From Chara braunii (taxonomy: Eukaryota > Plantae > Charophyceae): a stretch of DNA of 63,819 nucleotides. Position 1 is the first letter of the stretch, and every line of letters begins with the position of its first letter. Both the position numbers and the translations under genes were made by a program. Location: positions 1,047,431-1,111,249 of the forward strand of contig BFEA01000019.1 in assembly GCA_003427395.1 (NCBI GenBank). The letters run 5' to 3'. Below are positions 1-12,258 of the stretch, in pieces. The notes under the pieces were generated by a model that saw only the letters and a program-made list of their open reading frames with translations, had not been told where the DNA came from and did not search any database.

Positions 1-2259
1 TGAGGTGTTGTCATTTTTTCTTATATAGGAGAGATGACTAAACTATCATCGAAAGGGGGGAAGGTATTCAAAGCTTTGCATGAACTCTGACAGTCAGTGA
101 GACAACTACTACTTAGTCTGAGCACGCTTGGAGTGGTAGCCCAAGCGGGGTTCATGCTTGGTGGGTCCACCACACCCAGAAAAGGTATAGTCTTACCAAC
201 CAGCCTTTAGACGAGTGTGAATGGGGTTGTCTGACTGTGCTCGATGAGGTCAGTCAGGTACAAGCGCTGGAATCAGAGGGAGAAGTGGTGAGGCTTAGTC
301 CTAGAAGCGGGGCTCGGGATCTGAGATGTTATCCTTTTAATTGGATTACACCATCCCTCGGCACGGTATACCCCTGTTAAGCATGAAGGAGTAAAATATC
401 TTATGTCATCATTATTATTGTCATTGTAACTTCACTGTGATTTGTTCTTGTGAAGTCTCAAATGTGATAATTGTTCTCATTGTTAATAAGGTTACAAGTT
501 GATGTTTGTTTGACTTATGACTGAATGTTTTAATATTATGATTATTATTATTTATTTTTCTTACGGTCTTGAGCATTTATTTTACTATGTTGAGTTATAT
601 TCATTATTTATGGCAGGAGAATTTCATTTACACCGGTATTGTGAAGTTCCGTAAAAACAGGGGGAAAACCCTGCGTTCAGTAACGAGCTGTTATGACATG
701 TTTCTTCATTTGAGATATCAATTTGGATGACGGAGTGTGGTTTCATTTCTATGATTGTCGTCAATAGGGTTCAATCATTTTGGCCAACTTCAACTTAATA
801 CTCAGATCCGAGTATTATACGTACATTCCTGCAGTACATTATCGAAGGCAAAACCTCAGGAGTCAGTATGACGGCGACCTAATTTGAATTTGAATCTTAT
901 AAATTATTCTGGACCCTGAGGTCATTAATATAATTGGGCAGACACAATAAGTGTCCTGCTTGGAAAGACATCAAAGAGATGTGTTGAAAAGGCGCCGCTC
1001 ATTCCTCTATGGGGTTAGTTTGAGATACGTCTGTGAGATCCGAATGAGGAACTCAATCGGAAAAAATGGTGATGTTTTGAAAAATATCTTAGCATCGATG
1101 GTAAAGTGGAAGTCAATATTTTCATTTGGGATATGGGACAATTCTGTATATTTTGAAAGATCCCCGAGACGTGTGTCTGACCGAGTTGTGATCGAGACTT
1201 GGAGGACACGATCCCTGAGTGGCAACCGGACGATGGTCCTTGTTCATCCACTTAGTGACAACCTGACGCAGGGGGAGAGGAGGTAGAACGCCATGAGCAG
1301 CAAGGAGGAAGGCATCGTGCAGGAGGGAGAAAAAGATCGTGTAAACGGGAGGTGGAGAGATCGCAAGAGGGGAGGCGATGCATTGAGGTTGAAGCACAAT
1401 GACGCAAAGGAGGCCGCGCGGCTGGAAAGAAAGAGATGGTGGTCAAAGATAAAAGAGTAACGCCGGAAGAGGGAAGCAAGGTGCAAGAAAGAAAAGCGGG
1501 ACGGAGGTAGCTGCGCAAAAGGAGCGGAGAGCACAGAGAAAGAAGAAGGTCGTCACGTGGAAGATGACAAAGAAGAAGAAAAGGAAGAAGAATGGATAAG
1601 GAAAAGAGGTAGGAGGGAAGAGTGAAGGTAAGGAGGGACTTACCTGCTCGAAGGAGGAGAGTCGAGGGATGTGCGATAGATTCGTTGATGCCGCCTATGG
1701 TGTCGTGAAGGTGGGCCCTAATCACCCAACTTGGTAGAGTGCGGATTCATGCTTGCCGTGTCTCTCGCATGTTGTAGCCTCGGCATGCTGCCCTTCGTAA
1801 AGGATTGTGTAAGCAGCGTCAACGTTGACGATGACGAGGAGGGAGTTTCCATCGATAGGATGAACACCACCCAACAGGTAAGTCTCCTACCCCACGCCTA
1901 GCCTAATGCTACTTCCCTCGATAGCATGACTCAAAATCGAATGAATCCATCGCTAGAACATGGAGATATACAATGTCACAATCGTTTTCTTGTGCGTATG
2001 TGTATGTGTGTGTGTGAGTAAGTGAGAGAGATAGAGAGAGTAGGTAGGTCTCATGAAGAAGCACGCAGAGGTGGAAGAAGAAGGAGAAGAAGAAGACGAA
2101 AAAGAAGGGGGGAGCAATTTACGTACCTGGGATGCACACAACATGCATTGATAAGTCAAACGAGTCGATTGTCGGAGTCGAAATGGTTCGATTAACTCTC
2201 TTTAGGATCATTGCGACGAGGATGGATTGTTGTACTTATCGATCTTGAACGAGGAAGTG

Positions 2260-2323
2260 TGAGTCATCAGCTCATGCTGATTACGTCCCAGCATGAGTCA
2301 TCAGCTCATGCTGATTACGTCCC
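2260..2323. repeat. 34-bp-period tandem duplication (TGAGTCATCAGCTCATGCTGATTACGTCCC)
   Basis: Two identical 30-nt cores at 2260 and 2294. Confidence 0.9.
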
Positions 2324-2474
2324 TGCTCTTTGTATATACCGTTGTCACTCCGCTACTTGAATGGTTCGTTGGAGTGTTTGGATCGTCGAGATCTCAGCGG
2401 GTTATCGTTGGGATTGTAGTGAAAGACTCATTGAACTTTATCGTTTAATGGAAGGAGAAGTCGTTACAAGTTAC

Positions 2475-2743
2475 CCGTAGGTGAGCCTGCGGAAAAGATC
2501 TTGAATACGTGATCGGCCGATCTTTGGGGTATGAGATACGGACTTGCTTTCCTTTCCACCGCCCGGGCCCCCATTCTCCCTGCATCTGCTTTCCGTTTCG
2601 AATCGGCTCCGCCTTTTGGCTTACTCATGAAGAAAAAAAAGAAGGAAGGATAATGAAAGTTCGCAGAGGGAGAGAGAAGTGTCCATGAAAGAGGAATGCG
2701 CAAAAAAAAGAGAGAGAAGGAGAAGGAGAAGAGAAGGACGAAG

Positions 2744-2791
<48 letters not shown>

Positions 2792-3145
2792 AAGGGAGAA
2801 GAACGAAGGTGGAAGCACTTACCCGATCCTTGCAGGGGTCTGCGTAGTCGACATATGCATAAACTTCGGATCTGCGGCTAACGTCGGCAGTTGCATTGTC
2901 AATTCGTAAGCGTATTGTAGTTGTGTAGGAAGTAGGTTGGGCACCGAGCGCCAAGTAGGGAGAAGAGACTGGACTTTTGTCTTGGTGGCGACGAGAGCAA
3001 GCTCTCGTTGACGTTGGCTTTCAGTGTTACGATTCTCCATTGGTGTGATATTGGCGCAATGCTGCTTTCTGGACACTGTGATACTTTCTGGCTTTCGATG
3101 TGATTGTGCATTATGTTCTCTCGCTTTTGCTAATTTTTCTTGCAT
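2475..3145 (-). CDS. Putative spliced ORF of unknown function (exons 3145..2823 and 2623..2475)
   Basis: GG|GTAAGT donor and a very pyrimidine-rich 199-nt intron ending in a weak GAG acceptor. Splicing joins ORF 2819..3211 in frame to ORF 2464..2703 (...TPARIG|KPKGGADSKRK...). No recognisable domain. Confidence 0.25.
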
Positions 3146-3609
3146 TATTATTATTATTATTACTACTATTATTACTATTATAATGAACTCAGACTGGAAG
3201 ATACTCCTCAAACGTCGTAGTACAAGTGGACTCGGATCTGCACAATATCTCCAGTAATCATGAAAGTGTTATCTGATATAATGTTTCATTACCAATAAAG
3301 GAAGAGAGTGGAGGGGGAACAAACGAATGAGAAGGTGAAAGAGAATAATCAGTAACAGCAAAAGGGTAGCCATACTTTATCCACTTCTTCTCCGGGCTTC
3401 ACCTCACCTCCACGTCATCAAACAGTACCCGGTAACGACTCTGACAAGTCCTGGTCACACAAAAGTTTCACGTGGCACTGTTCTCTCGTAGACAATGGAG
3501 ACGATTAGCAGCACACAATGTCGACATCAACCTCGGATAGGTGTACTAGATCCCAATCATCCGCAGATCCCGATCCCCTCCTTGTCACAACCAGTCACCT
3601 CATGGAGAC

Positions 3610-3945
3610 AGCGTGGTCAATGCCACGTCAGCAGTAGAGACAGGTAGCATGTGCCACATCATCGCTGAAGACAGGTGGCAGCACCACATCAACACTGTAG
3701 GCGGGAGGCTGCGCCACATCAGCAATGTAGGCAGATGGTTGCGCCACAACAACGATGCAGACCAATGGCAGGGCCACATCAGCAATGTAGACTGATCGTC
3801 TGTGCCACAGCAGCAGTGTAGACAAATGGTTTGCGTCACAGCAGCAGTATAGACAGATGGTCTGCGCTACATCAACCATGTAGTTTAGTGGCATGCGCCA
3901 CATCAGCAGGGAAGACGGGTGGCAGCGCCACGCCGACAATGCCTC
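3610..3945. repeat. Degenerate ~31-bp minisatellite (GCCACATCAGCARTGTAGRCAG...)
   Basis: About ten recurring CCACATCAGCA/GTAGAC units; explains the repetitive ORFs in this interval. Confidence 0.8.
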
Positions 3946-4399
3946 GCGCACAGAATAGACAGCGCCAAGATGCTGTGGCAGTCCCGCGTCGTCCGTAGTA
4001 CCAGTGCACAGCCAGCGTCAAGCTAGCGTCAAGGCGACATAGCAAGACTGAATGATGACCCATAGGAGAGCAAGCCATATTTAGTATTTGACGAGGTAGT
4101 TTGGCCTCGGGTCTCCTACCCACAGTCATACAGATTGACTCAGAGCCGAGGGCCTGGACTGTGTACTGTTGCGGACTTCCGTTTGGTCCTGATGTTGTTT
4201 GAGTACCTGCATACATACAGACAAACATACAGACAAACATACAGACAGACAGACGGACAGGAAGACAGACGGACACAGTCGGAAAGACAGACAGGCAGTT
4301 ACGGAGAGGGAGACAGAGAGAGAAAGGGGGAGAGACGAAGAAAAAGGTTAGAAAAAAACTTACCTGGTCTCCACTGACCAAGTGCAACGCATATTTTAT

Positions 4400-4405
4400 T
4401 GTTAC

Positions 4406-4485
<80 letters not shown>
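4400..4485. repeat. (ATT)n microsatellite
   Basis: Direct observation; similar tracts at ~3144-3183 and 5603-5662. Confidence 0.95.
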
Positions 4486-4488
<3 letters not shown>

Positions 4489-5602
4489 CGAGGAATGAGC
4501 CCTCGCGGGGCGATTATCAAACATGCACGTGTTCTTAGCAGCGGCCCTCGGCAAACCTTGTGCCCGCCCTAAGTGAAGGCGAGCCTGAGTACCCACGAGA
4601 GCGGTTTGTCTCAGCATCTTCCAATGTGGGTCTCGGACAATTGTTGCACACCAGTTGGTTACAAAATAGCATGATCTTTTGCTGGCTCCCGACCTGAAGC
4701 AACAGCTACGCTGCACAGTTGAGCTCAGGGTCCCGGATGGTTGCGCCTTGGGCACACACACACGCTTTGGGAAGCCGACACATCACTAAACAGCCGTAAA
4801 CGACTGAGAATGTGGCATTGTCACCACATCTGCCCCACGGGCCAAAATGAAGATACGACAAACATTCACAACCTGCATAATCTTGGGTGAGCCCAACTGT
4901 AAAGGGCCTAGGCCCTCAATCGTTGAAACGACCCTGGGCGCAGGCATTGAGGCCCGTCCGAAACCTACTGACAACTTTCACGTCCAGGCCCAAAACAGTC
5001 CAGCGGCAACAGCACCTCCCATATAGGGAGGAAGCCAGCTAGTCCAGCGCATTCTGGCGTAAACAGGCAATTCGGACACTCTGCTGCAAATGCTCGCAAA
5101 TGTCTACATGCGCTACTGCAGGTCGGGGTACGCACAGGCGCCGAATAGTGTGGGGTGCAGCAATACAGCGGGCCACTAGGAGCCTTAGGCAGACTGCAGC
5201 ACGTGAGGAGGAGATGAGCGGTGGTGTTCTTCATGAAGGATGCGCACTGTGAGTTGAAAAGGATGATGGGAGGAGTCGAGAGAACGTACCTGGTGTATGT
5301 GGGAGGTCGACATTGGTGTTGACGTCATGCACATTGGTCGGCGAAGTGAGCCTGTTGCGAGAATGTAGGTGGGATAAGTAGGGTGACCTGAGTAGACTAG
5401 GTGCCGGACAGTAGAAGCGACATCGAATACAGGGATGGCGTGACCTGAGGGTGTAAACGTTGGCTCACGAGGTTACTATATCACTTTTACTTACATGGAA
5501 TTATGATTTATTTAAACTCTCTACTTGTTACCTAACTATCTGGACTTCTGCATGATTACTGCAACTTTGTTTTCCGTATATCTCACTCATTTATAACTCT
5601 TG

Positions 5603-5663
<61 letters not shown>

Positions 5664-8600
5664 TGTCGATTTATTCCTATACCTTTTTTTCTGATCTGAT
5701 TGTCAACACAATCATACATGTGCATATGAACCATTTGCCTGACTAGAGTCATGATCGTCTTTTTGCACGCTGGACTAGAGCAAGTTCAAGTGCACGTAGG
5801 GTCGTTTAGGCAGGAGGTTGAAATGAAAAAGGTAGTGAGAAGAAAAAAAAAAAAAAAGCAGAAAAGAGAATGAAGGAAGGAATAAGGAGAAAGGATGAGG
5901 GGGATGAGAAAGAAGGATAAATACACTTCGTATGTTTTCCCAGTCTCATTCTGTAAGCCCTTGTTTGTACTGCCCTCACTTGCCTTGTATCTAATGAATG
6001 TATGAATATAGAATAGTGGTTCAGAACGAGTGATATGATAAGGCTCATGTGTGAGGAACATCTTATTACTCATTTGTATATACATACGTATTTTAGACTA
6101 TTAGGTTGACTGACTAGAAGTGGGGTACCTCTGTACAGGTCATCCCATGGTCAGTCTAAGTTTATTAGACAAAAAACAAGTGGTAGGATACTCATGTTTG
6201 AGTCATTCTACTGCTCGTTCGAATCCATACAGACTAGTAAGTATGAGATGAAGGTTCTCGTGAAGGTCTTTTTACTTCATACTTACATTTGATCGGACTA
6301 TAATATAGTCCTCCGTTAGAATTGAAGTTCACATCGCTGAACTTCATGTAGGGTCATGTTGATAGTGAGGGAGGTGTTGAGACTTTGTGACCTGTGTGTG
6401 ATTGCAGGTCATTTTAATCAAGAAGACTCATTATGAATCTATAGAAGACTACATGTTGTTGCCTTGTGGTAACAGGTTGGTTCGCCAACTCAACCCTCAC
6501 TCACCCGTGACACCCACACTTTTCATCAACCTTTGCACTAAATGATATTTCTCATTTTCAGGTCATTGTCTAAAGGGTCTGTGTTTGATCAAAAAAGGTC
6601 CTTGAATAACTAAGTCGGAAAGAGAATATTTGGTTAAAAGGTTTGAAAGCGTAGGTGTAATGTATGTGGAAGTGAATGAATGGTTGACTCTGCTAGGATT
6701 GTGTAACGTGATTTGTTTTGTTTGCAGGTCAGCAAATCGACCAACCACGTGCTATTCACTGAACTCGCATTGTATAACTTATGCTTATCTGAGCCTCGAC
6801 TCAGACACTTCATCGACACCTAACCTTTGTACATTTGGTTTGAATTTTCTGACTTTACTTCTTAATGTCAAATAGATTAGGATAATTGGCAAGGCCAAAA
6901 GCCTTATTCACGTCATTTCTTTGAAAGACCATGAGCCTATCTTTTATTTTTTATGCATGTTTGAAAGGCCAAGAGCCTATTGTTTGTTTATCTTTCAAAA
7001 GTCACATCTCTGTTCATTTCTTATTTTTGTCTTTGCTTTTATGTAAAAATATAAAAGACATCTCCTTGCTTTTAAATCTCAACCTTGGAACTATATTCTT
7101 CATGTATGTATCGATTCGGAATAACTTATACAGCATATATAATTTACGGGTTAAGTTCAGATATAATAGGACATAACATGCACGAAAGATCGTCAATGAA
7201 GTCGACATGAATTGTAAGTCGGTCCGGAAGATCAGCGTCTCGATGCCCGACATGTAAACGCGTCAGTCTTAGGCGTTCAAACACGAGTATACCCTATGCT
7301 ACGACGATCGAGCAAACCCCATCGGTCGGCCTACCTCGACAAAGGCATGTAAAAACCTTCGCATGTGGGTCGGTAGCTCAACAGGGATACGTCTACCTAA
7401 GGGTGGTGACAACCTGTCCGGTAGAGGTAAGATGTACCTCGCGACACCTCGACCTGTCGTGGGGTGTCGTGAGAGGTATAGCACGCACGCACGGTCGAAA
7501 TGGTGACTGATTCTTTCTCAAACTCTGAAAAAAAATCTTACGTGACACGATCGTGAGGTTCAGCGCTCCCAGCAGGGTGTGGGACCGTCGCGCACGACTT
7601 CGTGTACTCCAACAAGTCGGACGGATCTCAGCCTAACCTCACAATGTCACCGACAGATGCATCACGTATCCTACAATTTCCACCCTCGCACAAGCTAAGC
7701 ACGAGTGCAGGTTCAAGTGAGTATCCCTCTTCCCCCCGCCTTTTTTTTTTCTTTTCTTTTTTTTCTCCCTCTTCTTCATTCTCCTCTTTGTGCACCTCCT
7801 TCTTCCGCGAGACCACCTCCCTTCTAGATTGTTTGCACTATCTCCCCGCGCCCACTCGCTTTTCTTCCTGCTTTCCTCATGTTCCCCTCTTACTCTTCTC
7901 TTCGCTCTGTTTCCCAAACCTTCACGTTGAACTATCAAATCAGCCTTCCTCGCTTTTACGGAATCGGGAAAACAAACAAAAACGAATAAAATAAAATAAG
8001 AAACTAATAAAATAAGAAAATAAATCTACCTAATAAAAAAAATAATAATAATAAAGAAAAGAATCTAACCATCAACGACCACTATCGGCCAAGTGTAGTG
8101 CCCTCGTTTTCAAACGAGGCTAACTGTAACAACTAACTCTAACTAACTTCGATTTCGAGGTCACGGGTTCGAGCCCCGACTGACCGAAGATGAGGCAAAC
8201 TATGGTTGAGCTCTTTGTCAAAAGAAGTTAATCTCAGTAGTCGCTCGCCCTTGATCCCCGCATCCTTCGTTTGTCAGGCAATACCGAAACCTACTGAGCT
8301 AGCTCCCACGTCGGGTAAAAGAGGAGCAACTCGGTATATATACGATAGTAGGGCTCAGTCCGACCAGCGGCTTGAGCCCGTTTTCTAAGTCTCTGTATTT
8401 GCAAGCTTGCTGGTTTGTACGTCTGTTTGAGTGTTTGTTAGTGTAAGAGTGCGTGTGTCCCACATGGGCACCTGCCACGTGGTCAGAAAGTCATCACCCA
8501 CGAGGCAAACGTCTTATTACATATGGGAGATCGAGCAATAGCCGCTGCCTAAATTTGTGGTATGCAAGTTCGGGTGACATACCGAAAATATTTCAAGGTG

Positions 8601-9269
8601 ATACTGTAAAATCCGGCAATTGCACCCTTTTTATCGGTCTTACCGTATGGTCGGTGCGTCTATTAGTTTAGCTCATCTAACGTAATAACACTTTTCTAGG
8701 CGCGTCACAGGTTTTCTCAACAAAACACTAACCCAACCGACTCCTCGACCTCTTCGGTCAAAGGGTATTACTACTGATTATAACCATCAAAGTGCGCGTC
8801 ACAATAACGTGTGCACATACTTAATGAAATTTTCCCACCGATTTGCCCCGACCTCAATGGTCGAGGAAATCGTTTCAAAGTGTAGTGCAAAAAACGCACG
8901 AGCCTTGAACTTCGGATTGGCCCCATTTTGGTAGTCGATGACGTCGCTGTGTCGACTGCAAAAGTATGACCAAATACCCTTGTAATTGTAGAGGGTATTT
9001 GATCTGACAACGTTTTCACCACTTCAAAACATTTAAAATCTTCAGCATTTCTACACAGAGAGGGAGTATTTCAACATTTAAAGTGCATTTACCACTTTAA
9101 AATCCCATATGGACGAAAGTTTAACAATTAAAAATTTTATTTAACATAATTTAAAATAAGGCATTCATTATTTTTAATATTTTTCAATAATTGAAATTCA
9201 ATTTTATATAATTTTAGCATGCTAAAATATATTCAATTCAAATGTAGTTTCATCGACGATTCGAAGTAA

Positions 9270-9730
9270 TATTGACCAAATATTACAAGTTTATCGCAAG
9301 AGAACAAACAACTTTCACACAGAGGAGGTCTATATCTGATAATATAGACGTTGCACTATAATCTTTAGAGATGATACGACAAGACAATGAAAACCTATTA
9401 GTTGTGCTTTTAGATATTGAGAAAGCATATGACAAAGGTAATATCCAGTCACCAAACTCTACAAAGTGGGATGTAGTCTGAAATTTTATATAAACTGATT
9501 GGTCTGTATGGCAACTTGAAGTCGACAATGATGATAAATAGTAAATTGTCTAAATCCTTCTTGTTGACTCGCTCAGTCAGAAAAGATTGTCATTTGGCAT
9601 TGTTAGTTTCCTTACTTCAGTTAAAACTTTGGATGTAGAACATCAAGGCTCACTCCTCTATCATAGGTTTATAAGTACAATATATATGTATAAATAATGC
9701 AAACTGAAAACGTTGACTGGTAATTTTTTG
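9270..9730 (+). pseudogene. Decayed L1-type LINE reverse-transcriptase fragment
   Basis: Translates QTTFTQRRSISDNIDVAL*SLEMIRQDNENLLVVLLDIEKAYDK and MINSKLSKSFLLTRSVRKDCHLALL, matching the non-LTR RT DxEKAYD and RQGCPL-type motifs. Confidence 0.8.
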
Positions 9731-9940
9731 TATTTTCAACAAACATCTTAACAAGAAAAAAAACGTATGTATGTTGTATATGAACACAATATATGGGATA
9801 CATTGTATTCAAATATAATGTACATATGTTATACAATGAGTTTTATGACACAACTTTGCAAGAGCCTATAATACCATTGTCATGGTTTCGAATATGGTTG
9901 ACAATTTTGCCAAGTCCGTATGTATTATATATATATATAT

Positions 9941-10117
9941 CGTCACAAACAGAACTACCCGATAAACCGTAGGCAGAGAGAGAAAAGAGGACAACAAACG
10001 AGGGGCTATGACAAACTGTTTCGTCGGAGTTTCACCGACTCATCAGGAGGCTGAACCCTCCACAGTCTGCAGAATCCCCTCACTGATTACACTTTATATG
10101 ATAATCTACCTTAACCA
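9941..10117 (-). mobile_element. Short (TA)n-flanked element carrying the hammerhead (Penelope-like pLTR / retrozyme-like)
   Basis: Bounded by (TA)n at ~9925-9940 and 10118-10125; its last 56 bp recur at 18623-18678, again just before a (TA)n tract. Confidence 0.5.
10000..10060 (-). ncRNA. Hammerhead ribozyme core (type I, minimal; proximal stem I degenerate)
   Basis: Minus strand reads CTGATGA-GTCGG-tgaaact-CCGAC-GAAA-CA-gtt-TG-TC: full catalytic core, perfect 5-bp stem II, short stem III, GUC cleavage triplet at 10012-10010. Confidence 0.7.
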
Positions 10118-10125
10118 TATATATA

Positions 10126-10283
10126 CAGGTTAACCGGCGTTCGGGACGGGCCGAACGCCTGAACCCGAACGCCCGAACGTATGGCACCCCTTGGGCTGTC
10201 TCTTATACACATCTAGATGTGTATAAGAGACAGAGTTCGGACCCCTTGGGGATGCGTTTGGCCGTTCGGGCCGAACGCGGACC

Positions 10284-10319
<36 letters not shown>

Positions 10320-10948
10320 ATCAAAAAAATCTAAAAAAACGATATGTTGTGGAAAAAATAAATTAAACAAGATTTGCCTGAGCATTACATCCGAATTCCT
10401 TACCAACTTTGAAATACAAATAAAATAAAAAAAATAAATACTAATAATAAAAATAAATAAAAATAAAAAAATAATTAAATTTAGTGACTGCGAGAGCATG
10501 TTTTCAACACCGCTATCTTTGGCAATTTTTTTTTTTTTTTTGTATAGCTAAATGCCTTGAAAATTTGTAAATGTGTACTTCAAATAATGCAAAACCCACT
10601 AAAAAATTTTCAAAAAAATAATAAAATTGTTTAGACCCTGAACTAAAGTGAAAACAAAAAGTAAAAAGTGAAAAAATACGTGGGCGAGCACATTTTGACA
10701 TTGCCATCTTTGGCGATTTGTAATTCTTATTTAGCTTAGCCAAATGACTTCAAAATTTACAGGCATGTACCTCACGTCATAGAGAACTCACAAAACAAAC
10801 TTCAAAAAACAATAATTATTTTTAGACCCCGAAATATTTTTTGGTGGGTGCCGAACGCCGTCGGGTTCTGAGCCCGTACGGGACCCCGAACGCCCCTACG
10901 TACGGAGGTCTGCGCGGGGGCCTCCGTACGTACGGGCTGGTGACCCTG
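10126..10948. mobile_element. Non-autonomous hAT-type element (same family as 16759-17507); a further partial copy follows to the gap at 11190
   Basis: Ends CAGGTTAACC...GGTGACCCTG; CCGAAC/GTTCGG subterminal repeats; AT-rich core colinear with the 16759-17507 copy. Confidence 0.75.
10196..10233. other. Nextera mate-pair junction adapter (two Tn5 mosaic ends), assembly contamination
   Basis: Exact CTGTCTCTTATACACATCT+AGATGTGTATAAGAGACAG palindrome. Confidence 0.98.
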
Positions 10949-11190
10949 TACGCCTGAACGTGCGGGACCCCATCGGAAGGCGTTCGGTTGTTCGGGCCGA
11001 ACGCGGATCAAATTAAAAAAAAAAAAAAAACATAAAAAAAAATGTTCTCAAAAATTTTCGAAAAATAAATATGTTATGGAGAAAAATAAACTAAACAACA
11101 TTTGCTTCGGCACTACATCCAAATTATTTACCAAATTTGAATTAAAAATCAAATACAGATAATAAACACTGATAAAAATAAGAAAAAATA

Positions 11191-12090
11191 NNNNNNNNNN
11201 NNNNNNNNNNNNNNNNNNNNNNNNNNNNNNNNNNNNNNNNNNNNNNNNNNNNNNNNNNNNNNNNNNNNNNNNNNNNNNNNNNNNNNNNNNNNNNNNNNNN
11301 NNNNNNNNNNNNNNNNNNNNNNNNNNNNNNNNNNNNNNNNNNNNNNNNNNNNNNNNNNNNNNNNNNNNNNNNNNNNNNNNNNNNNNNNNNNNNNNNNNNN
11401 NNNNNNNNNNNNNNNNNNNNNNNNNNNNNNNNNNNNNNNNNNNNNNNNNNNNNNNNNNNNNNNNNNNNNNNNNNNNNNNNNNNNNNNNNNNNNNNNNNNN
11501 NNNNNNNNNNNNNNNNNNNNNNNNNNNNNNNNNNNNNNNNNNNNNNNNNNNNNNNNNNNNNNNNNNNNNNNNNNNNNNNNNNNNNNNNNNNNNNNNNNNN
11601 NNNNNNNNNNNNNNNNNNNNNNNNNNNNNNNNNNNNNNNNNNNNNNNNNNNNNNNNNNNNNNNNNNNNNNNNNNNNNNNNNNNNNNNNNNNNNNNNNNNN
11701 NNNNNNNNNNNNNNNNNNNNNNNNNNNNNNNNNNNNNNNNNNNNNNNNNNNNNNNNNNNNNNNNNNNNNNNNNNNNNNNNNNNNNNNNNNNNNNNNNNNN
11801 NNNNNNNNNNNNNNNNNNNNNNNNNNNNNNNNNNNNNNNNNNNNNNNNNNNNNNNNNNNNNNNNNNNNNNNNNNNNNNNNNNNNNNNNNNNNNNNNNNNN
11901 NNNNNNNNNNNNNNNNNNNNNNNNNNNNNNNNNNNNNNNNNNNNNNNNNNNNNNNNNNNNNNNNNNNNNNNNNNNNNNNNNNNNNNNNNNNNNNNNNNNN
12001 NNNNNNNNNNNNNNNNNNNNNNNNNNNNNNNNNNNNNNNNNNNNNNNNNNNNNNNNNNNNNNNNNNNNNNNNNNNNNNNNNNNNNNNNNN
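11191..12090. other. Assembly gap (other gaps at ~26237-26436, ~49080-49199, ~55296-56232)
   Basis: N runs; the X-filled ORFs across them are meaningless. Confidence 0.99.
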
Positions 12091-12199
12091 CCAAAAAATA
12101 CACTCCAGACACGCCGCTGGCACTAGAGGCACAGCATGGCCGCCTAGTAACGGCCCCGACCACTGCCGCTCAACCTGACCGGAAACAAACGTAGCAGGA

Positions 12200-12258
<59 letters not shown>

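Noticed and set aside
2260-2323. CTGATGA on the minus strand as a second hammerhead
   Set aside because: No stem II followed by GAAA; it is just part of a short tandem duplication
8155-8190. tRNA-like T-arm GAGGTCACGGGTTCGAGCCCCG
   Set aside because: No acceptor stem, D-arm or anticodon arm can be built; at most a SINE/tRNA-derived scrap
10196-10233. Bacterial Tn5 ends / horizontal transfer
   Set aside because: Exact synthetic mosaic-end junction adapter, so a library artefact
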